Shown here one piece after another: positions 12,680-24,613 of a stretch of DNA of 64,000 bases. A program made the position numbers and the translations under genes. The notes beneath the pieces are model-generated. The model did not search any database and was not told the DNA's origin. It worked only from the letters and a program-made list of their open reading frames with translations. Position 1 is the first letter of the stretch; the number at the start of each line of letters is the position of its first letter. This DNA is from Callorhinchus milii (lineage: Eukaryota). Where the stretch lies: assembly GCF_018977255.1 (NCBI RefSeq), contig NW_024704743.1, forward strand, positions 47,494,001-47,558,000, written 5' to 3'.

Positions 12680-12997
12680 TCCTGTAGCTCAGTGGTTAGA
12701 GCACTCGCTTTGCAAGCGAGAGACCTGAGTTCAATTCCAGGCAGGTCAGGGCGAAACCTTGGGCAAGTTTCCTTACTCCACACGCCTAATAATAATCCCT
12801 CCAAAACCAAAAACAATAATAAATTGGTCATTTTCAATCTATGACTGTTTGTGGGACATTGCTGTGCGCAATTGGCTGCTGCGTTTGCCCACAAATATGC
12901 AGTCAATTCACTTTACAGTGTGTTCTGTGAAGCGCTTTGGGACGTCCTCCCGACGTAAAAAGCGCTATATCAAATGCAAGGATTATTATTATTATTA
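12677..12997 (+). mobile_element. tRNA-Ala-derived SINE, short variant, full length
   Basis: A box tagctcagtgg, anticodon arm tcgctttgcaagcga (TGC), B box gttcaattcc, Deu-like core, L2-type tail plus (ATT)n. Confidence 0.92.
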
Positions 12998-13153
12998 AGA
13001 GTGTGTGGAGAAACAAATCAATCTTTTCCAGTAAATATTTCCATTAACATTAGCTGTAATTATTATAGCACAGTGCAGATCCCTATTTCCCCACGACTCC
13101 CTCTCTCAAATAAAGGCAGGAGAGACCAGAAGGGAAAAATTACATTTACATAC

Positions 13154-13275
13154 CCTTTTATTATCTTCCTCTTCCTGCGCTTTCCTAAACTCCTGTTCTA
13201 ATGAACAAGCAAGTTCATTAAAAAGTCCAACTTCTTCACAGTTCTTCAGGAATCGAGTAGGGGTGGGGGTCTGAT
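13154..13275 (-). CDS. CREB5: CREB5 coding exon (exon 4): (D)QTPTPTRFLKNCEEVGLFNELACSLEQEFRKAQEEEDNKR
   Basis: 122 nt, acceptor ctctttgtag, donor AGG|gtatgt. The phase 1 start matches the previous exon. Contains the ATF2-family DQTPTPTRFLKNCEEVGLF motif (JNK/p38 phosphorylation sites). Confidence 0.97.
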
Positions 13276-13798
13276 CTACAAAGAGATAAATTAAAATTAA
13301 ACATTCAATTCACATTAAGTCCAATTTAGCAGATACAGGGCTTTATCTCACAAAGCCTCTAACAGTTCCAGAACACCTCCTGCCAGTCAATCAACAGAGT
13401 AGCATTTGTATCAGAGTTTTCGCCTTCATTTCTTGCTTGTTCTTCCCAGTGTAAATGTATATGGTGTGGGCGGTGGGAGGAAGAGAATGGAATAAACATA
13501 TAGTTCATTATTCTAATATGAACTAAATGCTTTTTGACAGCAATTTTTGAAACACTTTAATATAGGCTGAGCACTTTTAGTGTGGAATCTCTAAGTTATA
13601 AGCTACCTTTGTGTCACACAAGTCACAAAACCAAGTGAAACCATTTTGCATTAATACATCCCACACTGGTAATGGACTTACATAGACAGGCACAGTATGG
13701 AATCAGGGAACAATATATAACAAAGCCATAATACATAACCTGGACACAATACCAACCTGGGGCATCCATATTACATAAAGTTCTGGTCTCCACAAAAT

Positions 13799-14043
13799 TC
13801 GCTTTGCAAGCGAGAGACCCAGGTTCGATTCCCAGCAGGGTGAAACCTTGGGCAAGTTTCCTAACTCCACACGCCTGTTAATAATCCCTCAAGAAAAAAC
13901 AATAATAAATTGGTCATTTCAATCCATGACTGTTTGTGGGACACTGCTGTGTGTAATTGGATGCCGCATTTTGCCCACAAATCTAGAGATGTCTAGAAGA
14001 CGTGAAAAGCGCTATATCAAATGCAAGGATTATTATTATTATA
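13799..14043 (+). mobile_element. Same SINE family, internally deleted, inserted into an old CR1 fragment (about 13740-14315)
   Basis: Matches 12705-12997. The flanks resemble CR1 3' coding sequence. Confidence 0.85.
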
Positions 14044-14915
14044 AGAGGGTTTCTCAGGGCCTGGAAGCAATCCATAGGAGAGGATCGAGGATGTTAGGGG
14101 AATAAGTCACAAGCAACAATTAGACAAGCTAGGTCTTGAGAAAAAACACCTAAGAGGGGACATTATAAACGTTATAATATTTTAAATGGCATTGAAGAAG
14201 TAAACACAGAACAATACTTCAGAATGCACCAACACAATAGAACAAGAGAATATAGGTTTAGAGTTACAAAAGATAAATTCAGGACAGACACCAGGAAGTT
14301 TTTCTTTGCACATAGTTAAAAGAAAAAACAGTTAACATAATATATAACCTAGGTACCTATATATAACCAAAGCACAGAATAATATATAACTATAGCAGGG
14401 TTATTTAATATTTTAGCCACTGGGAATTCAGATGTGAAGAAATTGCATTTTTGATTAGTAAATAAAAGAATGAATAATAGACATCGTTGTTGGGCATGTG
14501 ATCTCAATACTCATATTCACTGGAGTATGGATGTGTACTTCGACATTTTTGTGCATTTGTTGTTAAATAGTATGACGAAAAACAGCATGTGTGAGTGTTT
14601 TATGATCATTGTGTGTGTTTTGCTTCTTTGGTTATTGGTATCTGCTAAAATGGTGTGTAACACTGGTGAAAACGCCAGGTTTCAGCACCAGCAATATTGT
14701 GTGGAGAGGGGAGCTGTCAATCATGGTCAGCTCGACCAACTGGAATAACCATTCCAGGCAGCAGAAGAAAGCAAACTCAGTCAATAATGAACAGCTCCAA
14801 CAGGGCTCATCCTGGCAAAGGGCAAACAGCAACCAAACACCCACACTCTGGGTGGAGAGCAGGGGCGGGTCTGTGCGTCCAGCAAAAAAAAAACACTGCA
14901 AAGTTCCATGCCTCA

Positions 14916-16619
14916 ACATAACATAACATGTAGGAGCAGGAGTAGGCCATTCGGCCCTTCGAGCCTGCCCCGCCATTCAGTCATGGCTGATCTTCTAATC
15001 TAACTCCAGCTAATAACCTAATCCTGCCTTATCCCCATATCCCTTAATCCCTTTTGCAATAAGAAATCTATCTATCTCCGTCTTGAATATGTTCAAGGAC
15101 TGAGCGTCAACAGCCCTTTGGGGTAGTGAGTTCCATACATTCATCACCCTTTGAGTGAAGAAGTTCTTCCTCAACTCAGTGCGAGAGGGCTGGCCTCTGA
15201 TTTCAAGATTGTGACCCCTGGTTTTAGTTTCTCCAACCAGGAGAAACAATCTCCCACTATCTACTCTATTATGCCCTTCGATGATCCTATAGGTTTCTAT
15301 AAGATCCCCTCTAATTCTTCTATATTCTAGAGAATATAGGCCCAAATTGGTCAGCCTATCCACGTAACTCAACCCCTTCATCCCTGATACTTACCCAGTA
15401 AATCTACGCTGCACCCCTTCCAAGGCAAGTACATCCTTCCTTAAATAAGGAGACCAAAACTGGACACAGTATTCCAGGTGTGGTCTCACCAGGGCCCGAT
15501 ACAGTTGCAGCCAGACTTCCCTACTCTTATACTCTAATGCTTTCATAATGAATGCTAACATACCGTTCACCTTCCTAATTGCTGCTGCACCTGCAGACTA
15601 ACTTTCTGTGATTGGTGTACAAGGACACCCAAGTCCCTCTGGACGCTAACACATTCCAATCTCTCCCCTTCTAAAAGATAACCCGCTCTACTGTTTTTGC
15701 TACCTATAGGTGGATGACTTCGCACCTCCCTACATTATACTTCATCTGCCACCTACCTGCCCAATCACCTAACCTATCTATGTCTCGCTGCATTTTTTTA
15801 ATGTCATCCTCTGGGTTGACACTTCCTCCAAGTTTTGTGTCATCCGCGAATTTAGATATATTAACTTCGATGTCCTCATCTAGATCGTTGATGTAGATGG
15901 TAAACAGCTGAGGCCCAAGGACTGATCCTTGTGGCACTCCACTAGTCACATCCCGCCAATCTGAAAAGGACCCGTTTATCCCTACTCTTTGTTTCCTACC
16001 CGTTAACCATTAACCACACGTTAACCATGTGGAGTCCTGTAGCTCAGTGGTTAGACCACTCGCTTTGCTGAGTTCAATTCCAGGCAGAGGGCGAAACCTT
16101 GGGCAAGTTTCCTTACTCCACACAGAGCCTAATAATAATCCCTCCAAAACCAAAAACAATAATACATTGGTCATTTTCAATCTACGACTGTTTGTGGGAC
16201 ATTGCTGTGCGCAATTGGCTGCCGAGTTCGCCCACAAAATATACAGTCAATTCACTTTACAGTGTGTTCTGTGAAGTGCTTTGGGACGTCCTCCCGACGT
16301 GAAAAGCGCTATATCAAATGCAAGGATTATTATTATTATTATTATATTCCCCAATCCACGTTAATATGCTCCTCCCAATTCCATGGGCCCTTATCTTTTG
16401 GATTAACCTTTTATGCGGCACCTTACCGAATGCCTTCTGGAAGTCCAAATAGACCACATCCACTGATTCACCCTTATCTAGTTTACTCGAAATATCCTCA
16501 AAAAACTCTATGAGATTTGTCAAACATGACTTCTCTTTTGTAAAGCCATGTTGACTTGGCCTAATTATATTGTGCTTCCCTAAATACCGCACTACCACAT
16601 CCTTAATCAATGATTCTAA
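14916..16619 (-). mobile_element. 5'-truncated CR1 LINE (RT and 3' end), interrupted by a SINE at 16031-16344
   Basis: ORFs 16314..16610, 15704..15949 ([14 protein letters not shown]) and 15010..15381. (TGTTA)n tail at 14916-14930. Confidence 0.95.
16031..16344 (+). mobile_element. Same SINE family, full length, nested in CR1
   Basis: ggagtcctgtagctcagtgg through caaggattattatt. CR1 resumes on both sides. Confidence 0.92.
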
Positions 16620-17552
16620 ATCATGGAAGCCTGAATGGTGGCAGATGTTTGTTAAGTAGAGTTGGTTAAGTCAAATATACATGTGAAGTAATTTACCTGT
16701 ATTGTGTGGGTGTATGTAAGGCGTTGTCTATTAAAATTAGTACAGGTGTTACCGTGGCCACACCAGTGGCTAATCAGCGATTTATGTTGGACAATACTGG
16801 AACTGCAGCACAATACCCAGCCAGGGCACAATATGTAACCAATATATAAGCATGGCAACTCTGGCAATGCAACACACCCCAGCACTGCTGAAGTGTCAGC
16901 TTAGACTTTGTGAGTCCAAGTCCCGACATTGTGTTTCAACGCATCACTTTCTGATTCAAAGGTGAGAGTGTTATCAATGAGACTAACTGACATAAAGGTG
17001 ACTTTTTTTAATGTTAAATTCTCCCCCCAACTCCATTTTTTCCCATTTTTCAGAGGGAAAAAAATAGACCCTTATTAAAAAGAAGAATACCCAGGTTTTT
17101 AATGTGTGGATAAAAGGTGGCTTTAACAGTACTGCCTAAGAAAGCACTCATAAATGTATAAAAGTCCAGGTTTTCCCACTTTTCTTTTCACTCAAAGCTA
17201 CTGACTCATTCTGAGTGTGGTCATGTTGGTGCTAATCCCTCCAGCACCAAGGATGAGTACCCATTCACACGTGAGCTGAAAGGCCTCAACACGGAAGCTG
17301 GTTTTTCCAAGTTCTTATAAAGGCCTGCTGATCACAGACCTCCAAAACAAGATTAAGAGTAAAACTTTACCAAAATTCTGCACAATCTGAAATTTGAAAA
17401 TAATGGTCTTTAAAGGCTAAGAGAAATATTGAGCTTTCGAAGCTTTGACAGCAATTAATTTTTTTTTGTGTATTACGCTAGAACACTCACCCCAACGACA
17501 GATGCAGCCACTTGTGTTATTGAGTACAAAAAATACCATTATGGTATTGAAT

Positions 17553-17726
17553 CAGTGGTAGCCAATTCATGGCCTGCATGCTGGAAGTGACCCACAAGGC
17601 GTCAGAAAGCAGCCCCTCGATCATTCGCACTATCCAGGTAAGTCCATGTTTGATCAGTTGTGTTTTTCCAGGTTTTTCTTGATTCAAGAAATTTTATTTG
17701 CCAACCAAAAAAGTTGGCCACCACTG
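17553..17726. mobile_element. Non-autonomous hAT (Charlie-like) MITE, 174 bp
   Basis: TIRs CAGTGGTAGCCAA / TTGGCCACCACTG (12/13). 8-bp TSD tattgaat (17545-17552) / tattaaat (17727-17734). Confidence 0.8.
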
Positions 17727-18287
17727 TATTAAATAAACTGGAATAGTTATTACAACCAGATTAATTTAATATTGTTTAAATTATATTTAAGAATGACTGT
17801 ATATCCTGTTCTGTAAGTAACTTTATCTTTGAGTTACTTTTGAAAATGCATTTAAGAAGAGGCTAGATATACACATGAGGGAGAAGGAAATCTAGAATAA
17901 TAACAATGATAATAGAAGGGAGTAAACAGTGAGTGGAGACTCCTGTGGAGTGTAAACTCCAGCATGGATTAGTTGGCTGAATGACCTGTTTCCATACTGT
18001 ACATTCTATGTTAGTCTATGCACAGGCTAATTGATGTTTATTATTGTTGCAGAATAAACTAAGCATTATTGCACCTATTTAAACTCTATTTACATCTTCA
18101 GAACACGTGTATAGAAACACGTTATGATGAGAACTCACTCTTAGCATCAGGCTGCATGTGTTTTTCTCTTGTAAACAATGTTAATTTGTGTTAATGAAAA
18201 ACAGAAGGTCTTCACAAAAAACAGCTTTACACAAACATTCCAACATACAGGTTAAGGATCAACACATAAATATTTACAGTAACATAA

Positions 18288-18489
18288 CATCCTTGCATTT
18301 GATATAGCGCTTTTCACGTCTTCTAGACGTCTCAAAGCGCTTCACAGAATATGCAGTAAAGTGAATTGACTCTTTTTGTAGGCGAAATGCGGCAGCCAAA
18401 TTGCGCACAGCAGTGTCCTACAAACAGTCGTGGATTGAAGTGACCAATTAATTATTGATTTTTTTCTTGAGGGATTATTATTAGGCGTG
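18288..18489 (-). mobile_element. Same SINE family, 5'-truncated
   Basis: Reverse-complement match to the Deu-like core and tail. Confidence 0.88.
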
Positions 18490-18804
18490 ACAAATGATGA
18501 ATACTAAGTTAACAGCTTGTTAACTAAGAGAAAATAACTTATTTTATCCCCTTGCTGGTATTTTACTTGTTTATCATTCCTCCTCCCCTCCTTATGCCCA
18601 GTTTGATCTGTTCACACAGTTGTCCTTAAGCCACAGATTTCTCTGTATCTGTCCTTAATGTATTTAGCGCCTTGGGAAATCCTCCCGATGTGAAAGGCAC
18701 TATACAAATGTAATCTTGTTGTTGTAATGTATTGGCTAATAAGAGCTGTGCTTTACGAGATTTGTCCTATTGAATCTTTCCCCTCTCTGGAAGGTCTTTG
18801 CTTT

Positions 18805-20179
18805 CATAGAATCATAGAATCATAAAATCATACAGCACAGAAAGAGGCCATTTGGCCCATCGCGTCTACACCAGCTCCTAAAAGAGCAATCCAACTCAAT
18901 CCCCCGGCCCGCTTTCTTTCCATAGCCCTGAAATCCTGTCCTCCCCAAATACCCATCTACTTCTCTCTTAAAAGTTATTATTAAATCGGCTTTCACTACC
19001 CTTTCAGGTAATGCATTCCAGATCCGAACAACTCGCTGGGTGAAAAAAAATTCCTAACCTCCCCTCTGTTTCTTTTAACAACTATCTTAAATCAGTGTCC
19101 TCGGGTTACTGACCCACATGCCAGTGGAAACAGTTTTTCTCGGTTCAACCTATCAAATCCTCTCATGATCTTGAAAACCTCTATTAAATCCCCTCTTAAT
19201 CTTCTCTGCTCTAGGGAGAATAATCCTAGTTTTGCTAACCTTTCCTCATAACTAAGGTCCTTCATTCCTGGTACCATCCTGGTAAACCTCCTTTGCACCC
19301 TCTCCAATGCCCTAACATCTTTCCTAAAGTGCGGTGCCCAGAATTGAACGCAGTACTCCAACTGAGGCCTAACCAGCATTTTATAAATATTCAACATAAT
19401 CTCCTGACTTTTGAATTCTATGCCCCTATTTATAAAGCCTAGTATCCCGTATGCTTTTTTAACAGCTTTATAAACAGGGGCATAGAATACAGAACAAGTC
19501 CTGCCACCTTATGTGGACCCCCAGGTCTCTGTTCATTTGTCCCCTTTAAGATTGTACCATCTAGCTTATACTGCCTCTCCTAATTTTTCCTACCAAGATA
19601 CACTTTGCATTTCTCCACATTAAATCTCATCTTCCATGTTTCTGCCCATTTTACCAATCTGTCTAAGTCCTCTTGGTGTCTGGTGCTTTCTTCCTCACCA
19701 TTAACTACTTTTCCTAGCTTAGTATCGTCTGCAAATTTGGAAATTGTGCTCCCTATATCCAGGTCCAGACCATTAATATAGATCAGAAAGAGCAGTGTCC
19801 CAATATTGACCCCTGAGGGACATCACTACACACCTCCATCCAGTCAGAAAAGCAACTGTTTACAACCTCTCTCTGTGTTCTGCCTCCTAGCCAGTTCTGG
19901 ATCTATGTTGCAACAGTCCCTTTAATACCGTGGGCTTCTATTTTGTTTATAAGTCTCTTATGTGACACTTTGTCAAATGCCTTTTGAAAATCTAGATAAA
20001 CTACATCCACTGCACTACCTTCATCCATCCTCTCAGTCACTTAATCAAAAAATTCTATAAGGTTTGTCAGACACGATCAAATCCGTGTTGACTGTCCTTT
20101 ATTAAATCATATTTTTCTAAGTGAGAATTTATATTGTCCCAGATTATAGTCTCCAGAAGTTTCTCCTGATGTTAGGCTG
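18805..20179 (-). mobile_element. 5'-truncated CR1 LINE of a second family with (GATTCTAT)n tail
   Basis: ORF 19092..19397 LVRPQLEYCVQFWAP..RRLRGDLIEVFKI. The plus strand begins catagaatcatagaatc. Confidence 0.93.
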
Positions 20180-21686
20180 CTTTCAAGAATAGCTCCATCA
20201 AATGGATTAGGTGACATATTCTCACTGCAAAATACTACAGTATAAAGATCCTTCCAAGCTGAGATCGAAAGCCATTTGGCATTTTGTCAGTTGTATTATT
20301 GTACAGTTCAGCTTTACTGGCACAATTTCTATAGCCCTAGGGAGTAGTACTAAATAATTTTTTCCCAATGCTTCTAATTCTACTTCAATCCCTTCCCCCA
20401 CTATGATATTACATTCCCTCAATTGTGCTGGGGTGGCCTATATCCAGGCTTCTCTCAATACGTCTTTTCAACTGACCACTGAAAGGCATGCGAGAAAGGC
20501 ACAGGTTGGCTCTCCCCCTTATTATCACTCTTCTCAGTTTCCTCGTTCGAAACCACAGGAGAAGGACCTGCATCCTGTGGTATGTGCTTTAGCTTTTCGT
20601 TTTTCATCACTCCTGCTTTGTTCACATTGGCTCTACTAGACCCATGCTAGGCTTGGCACCACTCCACAGTTCACTTTATAAATGGCTGAGCACGAGTGTT
20701 AACTCTCTCCCTCCATCAGGGAGCAATGTACAAACACCATCACCCAAAATAATTCTTCAAGATAAAAAAAAGTGTGAACATACTCCCAAAAATCTCTGGG
20801 GGGTAAAAACGTTACAACAAAAGGCATAAAAATAGAAATGCTTCATGCATATCTGTGATAAAATTACCAAGTCTCTTCTGACTTCAGCATGGGGTCAGTG
20901 CAGAGAATGTTGGCTTGATACATTAAGTGACGTGCCTAGACCAACAGGATGCAGCAGTAATGTTCATCACTGCCTCACAGCAGGGGAGAGGGCAACACTC
21001 GCTGTAAATGGATACTGTGATAAGGAATTTGTGTTCTACATGTCAGAAATGACTTATTACAAACAGCAGCCAATTCAGAATATCACATGTGGTTATGAAA
21101 ATACTATAATTTGGGACAGTTTATATTTGTTCAAACTTCACATAAGAGCTTCCCTTTAGTTTTTCTCTTGCAGTACAGAATTGTTTTACACTGCTGTCCT
21201 GAAGCTGTTTGATGCCTTGTTTCTGCTACTGAGGTACAATCCCCCAAGCGCCAGTCATCCTAGCAGTACCTTTGCCATATGGCCATTATTCATGAGAAAG
21301 TGAATGTTAGTTGGTTATTTGTTTTGGGGGTATGGCAGCTGAGCCCAATTCTTTCCATACTCAATATCAACAAATGCACATCTTCAACAGGGGACAATTA
21401 ATGGCAATTGGGAATACAATCCCTGGGTTATTTTCCCCACTGGTGGGGCCAATTGTCACACCCAATTATTATCCAGCTGAGTCCAGCCTAACTCAGCACA
21501 CACCAGAGATTAAAACTACCATGTGGCTCAGCTACTCACAAAATAAATGTTTTCAGCCTTCAGAGCAGTCCCCAGAGATCCCTTTATCAATTGAAGACTT
21601 ACAATTCTGGAAAATCTTTGAACCTTGACTACTTTATCCACTGGGATTAAAGAAATACTCAATAGAGACACAAAGTAATACCATCT

Positions 21687-22010
21687 AGTCCTGTAGCTCA
21701 GTGGTTAGAGCACTCGCTTTGCAAGTGAGAGACCTGAGTTCAATTCCAGGCTGGGCAAAACCTTGGGCAAGTTTCCTTACTCCACACGCCTAATAATAAT
21801 CCCTCCAAAACACAAAAACAATAATAAAAAAATTGGTCATTTTCAATCTACGACTGTTTGTGGGACATTGCTGTGCGCAACTGGCTGCCACGTTCGCCCA
21901 CAAATATACAGTCAATTCACTTTACAGTGTGTTCTGTGAAGCACTTTGGGACGTCCTCCCGACGTGAAAAGCGCTATATCAAATGCAAGGATTATTATTA
22001 TTATTATTAT
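21687..22010 (+). mobile_element. Same SINE family, full-length short variant
   Basis: Near-identical to 12677-12997. Confidence 0.92.
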
Positions 22011-24288
22011 CTAATGAGGTTGAAGCTTGTAACCACACATTGCTTAAGATGAATGGTGCCTTTCTGGTATCCAGCCTTCTTGTGTGCAGTTTTGCAAGAT
22101 TTGGACCAATCCTTTTTTATAGTTGCTAAAATAGACCTGATTTCATATCCACTGAAATGAGGATGTGTATTATAAGTACATGCATATCAACACGTGCATT
22201 TGTGCTACCACTCTCTCTGACTCTAAATAGCAACGTGAATCCATGGAACTTCAAGGGATTTGTGTTGGCACAGCGTGACAGTCTTGTGCCTATGCTTGTC
22301 ATTGTGCTTAGTGATACAGCAAAGTATAACTGGTGTATGGTTTTGATTGGATTCACATATCAGCACAATACATTGAGGCAAGAGCTATCTGTATGATTGA
22401 TAATGAGACAGATCATCTGAAACATTTAGAAATCTGTGTTCCAGGGTATTCTTACTGTGGTTTTAAATGCTTGATTGTGTTGTGCTCATTAGAATGTAAA
22501 CAAGACTCAAAGCCCTCACTGAACACTATCATTTATATTAACCTTTAGAGTGCCAGAGATAATATGGCACAATTATTTTGGAGCTTAGAGTGTTATGGCA
22601 CAGAAACAGGCTCTTCAGACCGTCAAGTCTGTGCTGCGTTTTTCTTCATGTGAGTCACTTCCATCGTGATCCCACATATAAAAAGTCAAGTGCAATAAAC
22701 AAACACTATTATTCCCGGTTCAAAGATCAACACTGGAAGTCCTGTAACAATTTTCATAATTAGTTTTAGATTATGTCTGGACCTTTTCCTTATTTAATTA
22801 TCTATAATGACCTACGCTACTTTGAAGTAGAAGATTTTCATTGGGTATTTGCAGATTAGTTCATTTCTAATTAGTTGGTGACACTGGAGGTGCTAGTTAT
22901 CTCTAAGAGGGACTTATTTATTTCCTTATTCCATCTTTATGATCAGGAATCCAATAATGGTGGCAAGGAGGGTGGGCCTCAGTACTGATTATTTCAGAGG
23001 AAAACTGGAAGTCCATTAGTTTAATCCCACACAGATTAAACACCAATAACTGACCATGAGAGGGTCAGTTAAGGGCCTTTATTATGTTAATTGCTCCACA
23101 ATGTCCCCGTCTTTGCCACATTTCATTGGCTCTCAGTTTTTCTAGGGACAAATTCCTCCACTGTCTCACCCCACTTTATCCATGCAATATCCTCCAGCTC
23201 TATTCTCTGCCTATATCCTTCACTCTTCCGATTGTGGTCAATTCTCAATTTGATGCTCCCTTCCATCCACTCCACCATTGGTGATGAGCCTCCATAGCCT
23301 TTCTTTTAAAAGAACCCTTTACTGGAAATCTCTTCCCCACTTCAAAATATTCCTAAAAATGTATCTGTTTGACCATGCCTTTGATCAACATATTTGAATT
23401 TCCCTTTTACCTGCTCAGAGACCATATCCCACTATGAAAAAGGGGAAAAATTGAAGAAAGAAAGAATCATACAGTAGAGTTTCTTTGCCAAATATATTAT
23501 ATTATATCCAGAAGCAAATAGATCACTGGAACTTATCCACCTCAAATATACAGTGGAGATGCTGTGTACTTTGGTCTTTCACTAGATTCCAGTCATAATG
23601 TTAAATTGCCAAAAGAGGCAAGTCCAAGACTCAATCTCAATCTCTCTTGACCGCCGTCCCTGCTTATTAGGGTTCCCATCAACCTTCCAACCAGGAATAA
23701 TAGTATTTTGGACTAGAAGTGAATTTAACACTGCTTTATGTTGATTCCAATATGAAAAAAAATTAGAAAAATAGCTCAGTTAGATATTGTCTGACATATT
23801 GTCAGTGGAAAATGATACATTTTATAAGACTAGGTCATGTCTAATAGATTATAGCTGGTGCTTTGGGCCTAAACTCTGTTGACTATCTCTGCCTCTGCTT
23901 TAGTAAATTGTGACAGAGTGAGAGGGAGGAACAGGGATTTGATCCTAGGACTTAGTATTCTCCACGATCAGATTTAGTTTCTGTGTGTGTCTATAATTGT
24001 CTTTTCTGTCATTTTTCTGAAACTGGGATGGGAACTAACAGCTTCCCCTTTTTTCCTTCAGCCTCCTCTATCCTGGGATAACCAATCAACTTCAACTACT
24101 AGAAAGTGAGATTGCAGGTTACTCTGAGCTTTTTAGAAATAAAAACATTCCTCTCGCTGGCAGTCAAATAACATGATCCATAATTTGAAAATCAAAGCCA
24201 CAAACCAGTTTAACAGAAACTGGCATAAGTTTGCTGACAGTGCCCAGTGGCGACGGGGTGGGGGGGAGGGGTTCTCTGAAAGATAAAG

Positions 24289-24613
24289 ATAATAATAATA
24301 ATCCTTGCATTTGATATAATAATAATAATAATAATCCTTGCATTTGATATAGCGCTTTTCACGTCGGGAGGACGTCCCAAAGCGCTTCATAGAATACACT
24401 GTAAAGTGAATTGATTGTATATTTGTGGATGAAGCGCAGCAGCGCAGCAACAAACGTGGATTGAAGTGACCAATTTATTATTGGTTTTTTTTCTTGAGGG
24501 ATTATTATCAGACGTGGAGTAAGGAAACTTGCCCAAGGTTTCGCCCTGCCGGGAATCGAACCCAGGTCTCTCGCTTGCGAGGCGAGTGCTCTAACCACTG
24601 AGCTACAGGATCC
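24289..24613 (-). mobile_element. Same SINE family, full length, with duplicated tail
   Basis: Head at 24540-24613. The terminal unit aataatccttgcatttgatata occurs twice. Confidence 0.92.

Noticed and set aside
12677..12745. tRNA-Ala(TGC)-like sequences (also at 16031, 21687, 24540, 28640, 43869)
   Set aside because: They are SINE heads: no proper acceptor stem, always followed by the SINE body, and copies are diverged.
12759..12998. Recurrent small ORFs ending SSRREKRYIKCKDYYYY
   Set aside because: Translation of the SINE tail and (ATT)n, not a peptide family.
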